Assembly: GCF_001194135.2 (NCBI RefSeq)
Contig: NC_068981.1
Location: forward strand, 82,508,263-82,571,413
Length of the DNA stretch: 63,151 nucleotides
Reading direction: 5' to 3'
Source of the DNA: Octopus bimaculoides
Taxonomy: Eukaryota
The number at the start of each line of letters is the position of its first letter. Positions within the stretch are counted from its first letter, which is position 1. The notes beneath the pieces are model-generated. The model did not search any database. It was not told where the DNA came from and saw nothing but the letters and a program-made list of their open reading frames with translations. Made by a program: the position numbers and the translations under genes. Below are positions 25,716 through 39,518 of the stretch, one piece after another.

Positions 25716-25889
25716 GATATATGTACATATGTAAGGAAAATAAGACAAGGTAGAAAATGCCAAAATAATCATGCACTACATTTTGTAATGGTTGGTACTG
25801 TTTTCTGTCTTTTCGACTTTTTCAACTAAGAGTAAAACAGAGGTGGATATTAATTAAGAAGAAAGACAGTTAAATTAACGATAAAATTA

Positions 25890-27240
25890 AATTAAATGCC
25901 TTGTGCTATAATATCCCCCATCACCTAGGAATTGAGACAATCCAATTCTGGCTAGAGAATTACTCCAATGAACTCACACACCGCATCAAAAAAGAATTCG
26001 TAACAGAAGGGCTAAAATTCATCTTTAAAATATCTTCTTCGTATTCAATGACAAGTTCTATCGACAGAAATCGAGGACTGCGATGGATTCGAGAATTACA
26101 CCTTCTTTGTTAACCTAGTCATGGGGTGGTACCTAGAAATTAGCCTTTGTCGTAAGGTACTAGAAAATTACGGAAACCTATTCTGTCTTTACACAGAAAA
26201 TAACTGGAAGAGATATCTAGACGACTAGATGTGAAAATATAGAGTCTTAAAGAATTTCAGGCACTTCTAAATGGACTTGACATAAACATTCAATTTACGA
26301 TGGAATATAGCCATCAAAGACCTTCTTTCCTCAACATCCTCATTAAGAAATCCAACAGAAAAAATAGAAACTATAAGCCCACGGATTCCAAGCAAGATTT
26401 CCCTTTCAACTCATGTCACCTCAAACATACTAGAATGAATATCTCTTTCAGTCTGGTCAAAAGGATTTGCACTATAGTATCAGATACAAGCAATAGAGGC
26501 AAACAAATGTATGAGCTAAAGGATACACTCATCAGCAGGAATTACCCACCATCCCTAATTGATATAGGTTTTCAACGTGCCCTGCAACTCAACGTCAACG
26601 AAATCAGACATCCCGAACCAAATAATGAATTACAACTAAAAGTCCTACCATACATATCCACACACAACTCTCTAAACAATGAGGCCTTCGACACCATCCT
26701 CCAGAACATTCCTTTACTAAAAAGGGACCATAGAATGAATCAAATCCTCCAAATGCACACTATCATAGAGAAAAAAAGACAGCCGAAATCGATGAAAAGT
26801 ATTTTAGCCCAAGCCCAAGTACACTCGTTAACAACATCGAAACCGACAGCAGAAAATGTGGAAGACCTAAGTCCAAAAAACAACTTCACATGCGCTTCGG
26901 AAAACCTGATATGTGTGTTAACTTGCTCAGGATGTCGAGGGTAATACATTAGCCAAACGAAAAATAGTCTACGCCAGAGGCTGGCCGTAGTTTGAAATAA
27001 GGGAATACAGAAAAATAGCATTAAGTGAACACATCGACATTTGTGCCATTAATGAATAACCCAACCTTAGAATTTTTCCTCGCTGTAAATTTAGGGACAA
27101 TGCAACCTATAATCAGCGTATTTGGCAAGAATCATATTTTATCGCAAAATATAAACTTCTTTCGAATGCTTCCACCACAGATGACACTACTACAGGGATC
27201 TTGGAATAATACCTACGGAAATATTAAAAACTATAGATAT
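25890..27240 (+). mobile_element. Penelope-like element remnant (RT 3' half and GIY-YIG endonuclease)
   Basis: YNIPHHLGIETI, FNDKFYRQ...TAM...LVMG, YKPTDS...FNSCH..H...NISFS...RICTIVS, RNYPPSLI; FTCASENLICVLTCSGC..*YISQT...LRQR (decayed GIY-YIG). Confidence 0.9.
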
Positions 27241-27378
27241 ATTTGGAAGAGTTGCTACCCACGAATTTATCTAGAACAGACCCTACTGCTACTGCTACTA
27301 TAAGTACAACAAGCCACTTGACCATTAAAGCAGATTCCCCAAAGGGCCTTTACTACTGGGTGGTGCCACTCCCTTCTT

Positions 27379-27536
27379 CTTCTTCTTCTTCTTCTTCTTC
27401 TTCTTCTTCTTCTTCTTCTTTGGCTGCTGCTGCTTAAATCATCAAACTTCAGAACCAAACATATCCTTGCACCCATAAACACAATCTGCTACTACCTACC
27501 CACCTTATGAACCTTCACAAAAAAGAAAGAAAGACA

Positions 27537-27582
<46 letters not shown>

Positions 27583-27601
27583 CAGAGAGAGAGAGAGAGA
27601 C

Positions 27602-27672
<71 letters not shown>

Positions 27673-27680
27673 TACACACA
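27379..27680. repeat. (TTC)n and (AG)n/(AGAC)n microsatellites
   Basis: Directly visible. Confidence 0.9.
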
Positions 27681-28045
27681 GAGGAAAAGGAAAATGTCCA
27701 CCTATTTGAAGACTATGGAAATCTTTACAAAGCATTTCATGTAATTTTTTTCTTCAACTTAATTGTTTTTCCTCTTAATCAATATCCACCTTCGTTTTAN
27801 NNNNNNNNNNNNNNNNNNNNNNNNNNNNNNNNNNNNNNNNNNNNNNNNNNNNNNNNNNNNNNNNNNNNNNNNNNNNNNNNNNNNNNNNNNNNNNNNNNNN
27901 NNNNNNNNNNNNNNNNNNNNNNNNNNNNNNNNNNNNNNNNNNNNNNNNNNNNNNNNNNNNNNNNNNNNNNNNNNNNNNNNNNNNNNNNNNNNNNNNNNNN
28001 NNNNNNNNNNNNNNNNNNNACACACACACATATATATATATATAT

Positions 28046-28078
<33 letters not shown>

Positions 28079-28944
28079 GCCCATACATAAATGCATATCT
28101 ACTTCCCCGTCCTTCATTTTCTCCATATATGAACATACATACATTATATATAAAATTAGCCCTCTATATCTCAATATGTGTGTGCATATTTATATATATA
28201 TATATATATATGCGTGCATACATAGAAAAGGTGAGAGAAACTGATCGGTTTCTTGTAATGATTCGTGCAGATGAATATTTTCTTTTCCATAGCCAATTAA
28301 CCTACAAGGATATACGAGCAAATATGAATATGAATTCCTGTTTCTTCTAAAGAATCGTTTGTCTGCATCCACCACTTTATTTACATTTGATTTTGCTTTC
28401 ATAGCTGTTGTTAAAATAACTCTGTGACTATTTATATTGTCTTCCGTCTGTACAAATTTGCAAAATTTACTCAAAATTCTATTCATATTTTCTGATACTT
28501 TTTACGTTTGCTATGCAATATACTACTATTTTCTAGCCATATTGAAGTTTATAAACTTCTCTTCTCGTTCTTAACGCCAGTATTATATTTGGTTAATTCT
28601 TTGAATCTCAGTAATAAATTTTCTTTTCATAAATGCGTCCTATCTCACAGAAGTACATTGACTTACAGACGTATTGGTTTTCATATTATTTTATATTGCT
28701 TTATCGTAGCTTAGTAGCATTTAGATTCGGTATTACCCGAGCGGGAGAAAAATACGTTTTGTTATGCACAAACAGAATTTCGTCAGAAAATATTTGTTCA
28801 ATAAAACCCGAAGTAGCGCATCACAAAGAAACGGATGTATGTATTTATTTCGTTTCTTCTTTGAGAAATTATTTTCTAGACTTGGATAATTCTTTTATTC
28901 TTTTACTTCTCCATGCTGCGCACCGCCTTCAATCGCTCAAATAC

Positions 28945-29149
28945 GCAGAAGTACTAATTTTTGTGAAGTCTTTCTTTAATTTTGTGTAATCAACGGTTGA
29001 TAACCAGTGTTGGTTTGTTTACATCTGCGTAAATTTATGCTTCGAAGGACACAAAAATAAAGTCACCCACTCAAAAACACATGCGCGCACACATGCCTAC
29101 ACGCATGCATTCACATATATGTATATATATACATATAGATATACACGTG
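28945..29149 (+). repeat. Donor copy of a 205-bp local inverted duplication
   Basis: Reverse complement of 30807-31013 with 2 substitutions and one 2-nt indel. Confidence 0.95.
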
Positions 29150-29174
29150 TGCATATATATATACATACATACAT

Positions 29175-29258
<84 letters not shown>

Positions 29259-29271
29259 GTGTATATATATG

Positions 29272-29430
29272 AGGGGTTTCCATACAATTTCCATCTACTA
29301 AATGCATCACAAATCGTTGATCGCTCCGATGCTATATTATAAGACATTTGCGCTAGGTGTCACACAGTGCAACTGAATCGGAAACTGTGTTTGCAGAATT
29401 GACTTCTTAAACACACTGCCATGCTTATGC
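29272..29430 (-). mobile_element. Degenerate SINE family A
   Basis: TTTCCATCTACTAAAT...GCTATATTATAAGACATTTGCGCTAGGTGTCACACAGTG aligns to the reverse complement of family A. Confidence 0.5.
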
Positions 29431-29689
29431 CAATAGGAAAAACTAGTAGTTTGGGTAGGGGTGAGGTAATCTCCTAACAGACTGTTTCATAGGTTGCTGA
29501 GTACTCGTCAGAGAAAACGTTCCGAGGTTCATTTTAATTTCTTCTGCATGTGCAAAACCTGCCTTTTAAAAACTCCAGTACACTTTTTATAAAAATATTA
29601 ATTTGTACTATATTTATGAGTATATTAAATGTGTATTGTCGGAGTAGTGAGAAAAATGTAACGCGATACTAATTCCCATTTTTAATATT

Positions 29690-29830
29690 CTGCGTCCAAA
29701 CCTCACCAAGATCAACCTAACCTTTCATCATTTCCAAATCATTGAATTAATGTAATAGTCTCGTATTTGGGTCGATGCAAAGATTAATCGTTCCCCTCCG
29801 AAGTGATGACCTTGTGCATACATCATATGT
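29690..29830 (+). mobile_element. Degenerate SINE family B
   Basis: CTGCGTCCAAACCTCACCAAGATCAACCTAACCTTTCATC...GGGTCGATG...GACCTTGTGC. Confidence 0.4.
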
Positions 29831-30134
29831 TATTGTGTCGTATTCTAGGGGGCGGTATATCCGTATACTTGTTAGACTGCTTACCAATGTGTGATTGTTT
29901 TATTGTGTGTTGTAAGTTTGAATCTAGATGATGTCAATATTGCTCCATCCTTCCTAGCTCTATAAATTAGCACTGCAAGGGGACTAGTGTTGTTTAAATG
30001 TAAAATTGAAATTTACGTTACAAATCATTGTTTAATACAATAATGAACACCGGATATAGCTACAACGCTAGTGTGTGTGCTTTTGTGTGTGTGTATACGT
30101 GTGTGCGTTAATAGACAAACACACACACATACAG

Positions 30135-30167
<33 letters not shown>

Positions 30168-30343
30168 AATACATATTTCAGCTTATCGTACTTCGGTACG
30201 GAAAAAATTCACAAGCTTCTGCACCAGTAAAGTACTATTTTTCTGAAAACTGTAGTTTATACCTTCTGCGGATTGCTTGAAGCTCACTACCTACCTACAC
30301 CTTGATCCTTGGATCTTAACTCTACACATCAATGCATACATAA

Positions 30344-30389
<46 letters not shown>

Positions 30390-30523
30390 ACATACACACG
30401 CGCGCGAGCGTACACACACAAACACACAGAGACACAGACACACACACACACCACACACACCTATACACACACAGACGCACACAGACACAGACACAAACAC
30501 AGACACACACACACACACATATA

Positions 30524-31930
30524 CAGTGTGCAGTAAATATTTTATCGTCTAAATTACGCTAAAATGAAACTAACACGCACATATCATTTTAACAGATGTA
30601 TTTACCAAAATTAAATGAAAATAACTTGAAATACTAAGGAGTAAATTTATTCAATAAAATCACTATTGCCTTGAACCACGGACTCCACGTGACTTCGGTA
30701 ACTCCTACCACTCTTCTGGACAGCCTCTTTGTATTAGGTGCTGCCATAATCCTTGCCTTCAATTCACCTTTGGTGTTGCAAGGAGTTTTGTTGGTCTCAA
30801 CTGCGCCACGTGTATATCTATATGTATATATATATACATATATGTGAATGCATGCGTGTAGGCATGTGTGCGCGCATGTGTTTTTGAGTGGGTGACTTTA
30901 TTTTTGTGTCCTTCGAAGCATAAATTTACGCAGATGTAAACAAACCAACACTGGTTATCAAGCGTTGATTACACAAAATTAAAGAAAGACTTCACAAAAA
31001 TTAGTACTCCTGCAATTAAAGGGGTTGCAGTCTGGGTAGCCAGATGTTAGGGGTGATGTGGTCGCAGAAATTGTCTGACGACCATGACTGGGTTCTCCTG
31101 CTTGTGTGGCATGGTGCAGAGTCGTGTTGCCAGACGTAGGGTCTTCCAGAAGCCACCCTCTTCACCCAGGGCAGAACAACCTCTTGCAGGCACTTGATGT
31201 AGGCTTCCATGTTGAGTCTAAGTGTAGGAAGATGAATGGAGGCATAACGTCGCCATCACTAGTGAACATTCCAAACACCATGATATTGACTAGATGTTTG
31301 AATTCTATCAGTCTCGGTACATGTTTTGGGGACACAGCAAGCCAATGGTTGTTCTGTGTGTTCACCACCTGATGCTGACAGGAATTTTTCGCGTCTGAGA
31401 AAAACGAAAGCATGTTCGGGTGGAGAGATGTTTGAATTTGTTCAAAAGCTTTGTAGCGCGGTCTTTCCTCTTGTTCTTGATGGCTTAGGATGAAAATTGA
31501 CCCCTTCTCACCTTGTATGAGGAATACTGAATGGTTTCATTCACTACGTACTTGTTAAGAAACTCAGACACTCGCATTCCCTTGGAAGAATCGTTGTCAA
31601 TCATGGCCTGGATCTCGCAAACACATTCACGAGTTCTTTTCTTATCAGAATGATCAGAGTATGTTTTCCGAGCTGCCTTACCTTCGTAATCACCATTAGA
31701 CTCATCCGACTCTTTCCGAATTCTCTGCACCGTCCTCAGGTTGTCCTCCAAACACTCTGAAATGTTCATACTGGAGTTTCCGGCTCGAATGCCAAGCAGC
31801 ACAGATATATCGTTTTCAAATTTCAGGCAGAGAGAATTGTGTCATGTTGCTGTTTTTCGCACAGACAGTGCCCAATTGAACCTACTATACTGTGTAGCTG
31901 ACAAAATGAAAACCATACATCTATATCTGC
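30524..31930 (-). mobile_element. Tc1/mariner (maT/DD37D-like) transposon, near full length, degenerate
   Basis: HTH region (LLGIRAG...LRTVQRIRK), FFSDAK, NIMVFGMFTSDGDVMPPF, VWQHDSAPCHTS...DCNP; one end TA|CAGTGTGCAGTAAAT at 30524; split by the insert at 30807-31013. DD37D assignment is inferred because an 8-nt deletion prevents a direct count. Confidence 0.9.
30807..31013 (-). repeat. Inverted copy of 28945-29149 inserted in the transposase gene
   Basis: About 98% identity; transposase sequence resumes on both sides. Confidence 0.95.
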
Positions 31931-32582
31931 AGGTGATCAGTACAGATATGTATATGTGCCTAAATACACCCCCACACACACACGTACACACACACTCCCT
32001 CTCTTTCTGTCTGTGTCTCTCACGCACACACACACATACACACGCGCGCGCATGCACACACGCGCATGCACGCACACGCGCATGCACGCACACGCGCATG
32101 CACACACACGCGCATGCACACACACGTACACCGAAACGCCCGCACGCACACACATATACGCACGCTCACATATATACATATATATGCATAAATGTATATA
32201 AACAATCATGTATATGTGTGAATGTTTGAACATACACCGATACATATACATGAATGCAGATTTTTCGCACGTATCCATAAGCTTGCTTTGGTGATATATT
32301 GTGTTCATTATCTTAGTCCTAATCTCTCAGCTCCCTCAAACTATCTTGTTGCAAATACACATTCTAGGAAGGAGTAATTATCGGATTCACATACCGGTTA
32401 CATTTGTATTACTGGCGGCTGCTTCTTTATAACTTACTGCTCCTATACGCATACATAGCTTATAAAGGAATAGTTTTCACAAAGGTGACTTATTCTCGAT
32501 GTTGTCTGTGAAGACGATATCTTCAATGACGCAACAACAACCAATTAGTTTGTGGTCGGTTTTTATCTCTGATACTGTTATG

Positions 32583-32616
<34 letters not shown>

Positions 32617-33124
32617 TAGAATAGATAGATAGATAGATAGATAGGTAGATAGATAGATAGATAGATAGATAGGCAAATATATATACAGGCACAGATATAT
32701 ATGTATATTGTATATATATATATATATATATATANNNNNNNNNNNNNNNNNNNNNNNNNNNNNNNNNNNNNNNNNNNNNNNNNNNNNNNNNNNNNNNNNN
32801 NNNNNNNNNNNNNNNNNNNNNNNNNNNNNNNNNNNNNNNNNNNNNNNNNNNNNNNNNNNNNNNNNNNNNNNNNNNNNNNNNNNNNNNNNNNNNNNNNNNN
32901 NNNNNNNNNNNNNNNNNNNNNNNNNNNNNNNNNNNNNNNNNNNNNNNNNNNNNNNNNNNNNNNNNNNNNNNNNNNNNNNNNNNNNNNNNNNNNNNNNNNN
33001 NNNNNNNNNNNNNNNNNNNNNNNNNNNNNNNNNNNNNNNNNNNNNNNNNNNNNNNNNNNNNNNNNNNNNNNNNNNNNNNNNNNNNNNNNNNNNNNNNNNN
33101 NNNNNNNNNNNNNNNNNNNNNNNN

Positions 33125-33156
<32 letters not shown>

Positions 33157-33862
33157 TGCGTGTCTCGTAGCCTACTCTTTGTCATGCTTTTGTGTATTGT
33201 GTACAAAGCATAATGCAGAACCGGTATGAAATATCAGATTAATCACATATATCATGGAAGTATTGATAGATCACCAAGTTCTCTTTAGAAGTAATTCCAC
33301 TTTCCGAAATTATTCTTGGAACATGAGAAACTGTTTCATCGACTTTATGTCATGGACGACAGAATAATCTGTTTCTGGAGATTTTCTTTAATCATTGTCT
33401 TTTATATTAGCATCCAATTGTTGTTAGCATAATGTTTGCTTGAATTCCCTTGATATAGAAATCTCATGATAATACCACCAGTTTCTTTGCCTACAAGAAT
33501 TTGATAAGCCACTTTCTTATTTTATATTTGACACTTGTTAAGCCTATAGGCGTTACACGTAAACGGTCATATAGCGTTTCTGCTAACTTTGGCTTTTAGA
33601 TTTGCAGGTAGCTTTGCTGTGGAATTTGCCGCTTTGAACATCAAAGAGTCACATATCTTCTCACTTCATACTTTATCTAAATGTCTTCATCAATGAGAAC
33701 TGTTGAATTTTGAAAACATTCAGTACATGCATATACGCACATATGTGCATCTTAATACACATATGTATGCATGCACTCAAATACATTATAGATACAAACA
33801 CACATACACATACTCATATATATATGTATATGTATATTTATATATATATATATGTATATGTA

Positions 33863-33903
<41 letters not shown>

Positions 33904-35084
33904 CCATACATATGTATTTCTATACATATGTATTTAAATACACATGCAGATAATTATGCACACTCTCACACACATACTCACACAAACATATATCAATATA
34001 CATACATATACATGAATATATACAGCTGCATGCGAATTTATGGTGGCATATATACAGCTAATTGTGGATGTATGCTGGCATATATACACCTACACCATAC
34101 AGAAATATGTGTGGGTATATTTGTGTTTGTGGCTCTGTGATGGCACCCACAGATGCACACACACCTGTGTGTGTTTCGCTATTGTCACTAAACATTAAAA
34201 ATGCCACTAATCATAAAAGAATTCAGACTCATATTTCAATTATTCACATACAAGTTATGTTACCAAAATAAGTTTTGTCACTTGATATAAGGAACAAGTG
34301 AAAATAATTGTCAAAATTTTAGTTACAATAATGATGGTATAATAAAAAACTCATGCACATTGAAATTTGATGTTCGAACTATTTATTTATAATGTCAATC
34401 TTAAGTAAATCGTAGCTAAGTTTCAGCTAAATATATAGAGTACATGCAATTTTAGCAAGCATTACTAAGAATTTTGTATATCCGTTTCGTGTAGCTATAT
34501 GAAAAGATGAGCAGGTTAAACATTCATTATTCTACCAATTTCTTGCTTTTTTAACACACAGATACACACACTCACACTTACACACACACATGCATGCACA
34601 CATATACACACCCTGATAGTGTCTGTGAAATAGAATTTTGAAAGTTGTTTATTCTGTATATTACCATCATTACGGATAGAAATTATTTCCCAGTGAAGGA
34701 ATGCTGGCATTTGAGATTTAAAGAAATCTCTTAATCTCATCCTTTCTGCCAATCCCATCCCTACAGAGATGATTAAAATATATACTGCAAAGATTCGCTG
34801 TAATTGATGCGATTTTGTTTGTCTTTTCCATCTCGCTTGGATATTGTCAACAAGCACTATTAACTTCCCCTGGATCAAAGTTCGCTCTCCTTTCATTACC
34901 TCAAAATTCATCTGCTCTTTCTGCCGCTCCCTCAACTCCTTAGAAATAACTAAACTCTTTTAATCAATAAGACACATGCAATCTGTTCCCTTACTTTCTC
35001 ATTTGTATCGATACTACAATGTCTACTTAATTTAGTACTGCAAGGGCTTGATAACCCGGATTCTCTAGCGACAAAAAATTCTCT

Positions 35085-35615
35085 TCAGTCATAATGTTGC
35101 AAGAGCTGCATCAGGCAGCTCCTAACTGGTCGAAAGCCATGCTGGGTATCACTCAGCAACTTATTTTCTTCAAGGAATGCGATTAGTTTCCCTCTGACTA
35201 TCCGTTCCATGACTTTGATGATTTGTGAAGTCAGAGAGATAGGCCTATAGTTTTTGGCATCTGCTCTGCTTCCCCCTTTATGGATTGGGCATATTATTTC
35301 CTCCTTCAACTTGCTTGGCAGTCTGCCGTTTACAAGAAAGCTCTGTAAGAGAATCTGGAGGGGTTTTGCCAGGGCATGCTTACACGATTTGAGGAAGATT
35401 GGTGAGAAACCATCAGGACCAGTAGTTGAGTTTGTGTCCACTTCATCTATGGCTAGTAGTATATCTTCTTCGCTAATGTCGATATATTCCATTGTAACTG
35501 CCTCGCTGGTTATAGATGAGGCGGCAAAGAAGTCTACTGATTCGTTCACTTGTCTGTGTTCTAACGGGGTGGTAAAGACACTTTTGAACTGGTCATTCAG
35601 TACCTCACTGATCCT
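35085..35615 (-). mobile_element. CR1/L2-group LINE, RT N-terminal fragment
   Basis: LNDQFKSVFT, GPDGFSPIFLK, PIHKGG...NYRPISLTSQIIKVMERIV, QHGFRPVRSCLMQLL. Confidence 0.92.
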
Positions 35616-35632
35616 AGTTGTATATACGTGTC

Positions 35633-35669
<37 letters not shown>

Positions 35670-36488
35670 NNNNNNNNNNNNNNNNNNNNNNNNNNNNNNN
35701 NNNNNNNNNNNNNNNNNNNNNNNNNNNNNNNNNNNNNNNNNNNNNNNNNNNNNNNNNNNNNNNNNNNNNNNNNNNNNNNNNNNNNNNNNNNNNNNNNNNN
35801 NNNNNNNNNNNNNNNNNNNNNNNNNNNNNNNNNNNNNNNNNNNNNNNNNNNNNNNNNNNNNNNNNNNNNNNNNNNNNNNNNNNNNNNNNNNNNNNNNNNN
35901 NNNNNNNNNNNNNNNNNNNNNNNNNNNNNNNNNNNNNNNNNNNNNNNNNNNNNNNNNNNNNNNNNNNNNNNNNNNNNNNNNNNNNNNNNNNNNNNNNNNN
36001 NNNNNNNNNNNNNNNNNNNNNNNNNNNNNNNNNNNNNNNNNNNNNNNNNNNNNNNNNNNNNNNNNNNNNNNNNNNNNNNNNNNNNNNNNNNNNNNNNNNN
36101 NNNNNNNNNNNNNNNNNNNNNNNNNNNNNNNNNNNNNNNNNNNNNNNNNNNNNNNNNNNNNNNNNNNNNGAGAGAGAGAGAGGGAGAGAGAGAGAGAGGG
36201 AGAGAGAGAGGGAGATAGAGAGGGAGAGAGACAGAGGGAGAGAGAGAGGGAGAGACAGAGGGAGAGAGAGAGCGGGAGAGAGAGAAGGAGAGAGAGTGAG
36301 AGAGAGAGCGGGAAAGATAGGGAGAGAGAGAGTTAGCGGTTATAATAACCGACTAAGGGATAAACTATCCGTACGTACTATCGGTATCCGTTACCCGTGT
36401 TATCTCCAGGCATTGGTATGCAGGCACACTATGCACATAGAGTGCAGGTAACAAGAGGATAAACAAGAGTTTATCAAGAAACAAATAT

Positions 36489-36743
36489 AAATAATTAGAA
36501 AATGGAGAAAACCTCAGATTAACAAACATATCGATTGGACCACATTTATAGCTTATTTTTTAATACAAAGCATGACATAACAAATGGGTGACGTAACAAT
36601 ATTACGGCCGCTTTGGATCGGTAACGACAGTAAGATTTATTCCGTCACCTATTTGTTATGTCATGCTTTGTATTAAAAATAACCTATAAATGTGGTCCAA
36701 TCGATGTGTTTGTTAATCTGAGGTTTTCTCCATTTTCTGATTA

Positions 36744-36746
<3 letters not shown>
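36489..36746. repeat. Long foldback with 105/104-bp arms and 49-bp spacer
   Basis: 36489-36593 versus the reverse complement of 36643-36746: 4 substitutions and a 1-nt indel. Confidence 0.97.
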
Positions 36747-36807
<61 letters not shown>

Positions 36808-36808
<1 letters not shown>

Positions 36809-37203
36809 TCTTTTACTTGTTTCAGTCATTTGACTGCAGTCATGATGGAACAACGCCTTAAGGTGTTTTCGTCGAAAAAATAGAACTCGGGGCTTATTTT
36901 TGTAAACCTAATACTTTTTCTATCGGTCTCTTTAGCTGAACCGCTAACTTACAGGGATGTACAGATATCAGCACCAGTTGTCAAACGGTGGAGAGGAGAC
37001 AAACAGACACAAAAACACACACACAGACGCACACAGATAGATACATATATACGACGGGCTTCTTTCAATTTCTGTCTACCAAATCCACACACACGACTTT
37101 CGTTATCCCGGGGCTATAGCAGAAGATACTTGCCCAAGGTGCCACGCAGTGGGACTGAACCCAGAACCATGTGGTTGGAAAGCAAGCTTCTTACCATACA
37201 CCT
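36808..37203 (-). mobile_element. SINE family A, near full length
   Basis: Reverse complement of head, core (TTGCCCAAGGTGCCACGCAGTGGGACTGAACCC) and tail (TTTTACTTGTTTCAGTCATTTGACTG). Confidence 0.9.
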
Positions 37204-37237
37204 ACGATATATATATAAATAATGCAAGATATACTTG

Positions 37238-37279
<42 letters not shown>

Positions 37280-38942
37280 NNNNNNNNNNNNNNNNNNNNN
37301 NNNNNNNNNNNNNNNNNNNNNNNNNNNNNNNNNNNNNNNNNNNNNNNNNNNNNNNNNNNNNNNNNNNNNNNNNNNNNNNNNNNNNNNNNNNNNNNNNNNN
37401 NNNNNNNNNNNNNNNNNNNNNNNNNNNNNNATATATTTATACATAGTGGCCCAAAATTAGGTTTACAGTTATTCAACTATCTCTTTCACATGCATATATT
37501 AACAGTTTAGATCTTAATTATATAAAAAATATGAAACCATTATTCTATTCCAATTTAGTTAATTGTATGATAGCAATTTAAATGTAATAACATGTTTTAA
37601 AAGATATTTAAAGTGCCTACGTGATAACTGTAAACCTACTTTTGGGCCACCCTGTACTACCACTACTAGTTTTATCAAACTTTTAAAGTCAGCAACTGAT
37701 ATTTGGTGTACATTGAAAGGGAATATAAATCTTCGTGATGAAACGTAAAACCGAAACCATGATTTACAAACGTAGGTACTTACCTCGGGTTCGACGCAAC
37801 ATTGACACTCTAGTCATCAAAAATTACAATGAATCTATATCAGCCCATTCGAGATGTGAAATCGACGACGCTAATCTTCAAAAATGTGACATAAAATAAA
37901 TAAATAAATAAATAACATATCAACCGCATCAATATCACAAAAATATCCCTATCCCCATTCTCTACAAAACCTTTGATAGCATAGAAGATTGCTTCTCCTC
38001 TTTGGAATATCGAATTGTATATATTTAAGTAGTTTGAATTTTAGAACATTATTTTTGGTGCTCTTGTGTCGAAATTTTGAGGAGGTATTCCATGATGAAT
38101 CACGCATTTTCACTGAGGTCATAGCAAATGTGGAAGCTTGTTAAGGGTGTAGAAAGTAAACATTTAGTGAAGTTACTGAGACTCTGACAGAACGAAAACA
38201 CATGTATAACATCTTAGAAATTAAATAAATCACTCACAACGTGTGTAAAACGAAGTTGTAACATTAAATATATTTAGAAAGATAAAATATTAGCCACATA
38301 TCTATAAACAGATGTGATGCTTTCAAAATCTCCTCGAGACAATTTTATAAACATTGGCAACCTCCTAACTGTATCTACTCACTAAATGTAAAAGTATTAA
38401 AAAACAAAAAATCACTCACATTCACATATATTTATATTCGTATGTGTGCTTGTGAGTTCGTGCGTTTGTGTTCGTGTGTATGGGAAATATGAACCGGAAG
38501 AACTCAACAGAGTACATCTCAACTTGTCTATGTAAATAATAACTCCAGGAGAGTGCTCAACGAATAATTATAAATACTTATAAATTACACGGGGTTGCGA
38601 CATAAATATACACCGAATGAACGAAACGAAAGCAAAAATGTCTGAAACACCACATAAACAAGCTATATATTCTGCTATAAACTCAGTAATTTTTCACGAT
38701 AAACTTTTGTTTCTGTCCACGCCAGTCTCTAATTCAGACGATATGAAACAGACAAAGTTCTCCATAATTGATTGGTCACATTGATTTCTTAGGACAAATA
38801 AAAGGGCACGATGGACGTCAAACTGAATGTTGTTTCTTTCTCTTTTTATTTTTCTAGCCGGCATACTATCGTTTTTCGTGGAAATGAGTACCTTAAAAGG
38901 TATTCAAAATGCACGCATGCGTGCACACACAGTCACGCGCGC

Positions 38943-39147
38943 GCGTACACACATTTTCATACATATATTGATTCATACAGACTCACACAATTCATATACA
39001 TATATACATATGCAAATACATTTCATATAATCTGATATCAATTGATTTTTTTGTGCAACAACGGGTTATGTTTTATAAACATAGATTTACAGAAAGACAA
39101 ACAGACAGGACAAAGGCGAAGATAGAGAGATAGAGAAAGACAGAACT

Positions 39148-39187
<40 letters not shown>

Positions 39188-39377
39188 AAGAAGGTGGGGA
39201 GAGAGACTGGAAGAAAATTTTGAAAATATTTTTGATTTGTGAAATTTCTAGAAACATGAATTATATTAAATTAATAAAATGATATCAGATTATATGAAAT
39301 GTATTTGCATATGTATATATGTATATGAATTGTGTGAGTCTGTATGAATCAATATATGTATGAAAATGTGTGTACGC
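38943..39377. repeat. Perfect inverted duplication with 98-bp arms and 239-bp spacer
   Basis: 38943-39040 is the exact reverse complement of 39280-39377. Confidence 0.97.
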
Positions 39378-39518
39378 TCACCACCTTAGAAGAAAGGCTT
39401 CTTGAATTATGGGAAACCCCCCAAATCACGTTGTAGCCGAAGGGACTTACTCCTCCCCAAAATTGCTGGCCTTGTACCAAAATTAGAAACCAAATATTTC
39501 TATGGATTTTTCTTTCTT

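Noticed and set aside
28633-28989. 118-aa ORF in unique sequence
   Set aside because: No recognisable domain, its end overlaps the duplicated segment, and its length is near chance expectation.
37730-37765. GTGATGA...CCGAAAC motif
   Set aside because: C3 is missing and stems do not pair.
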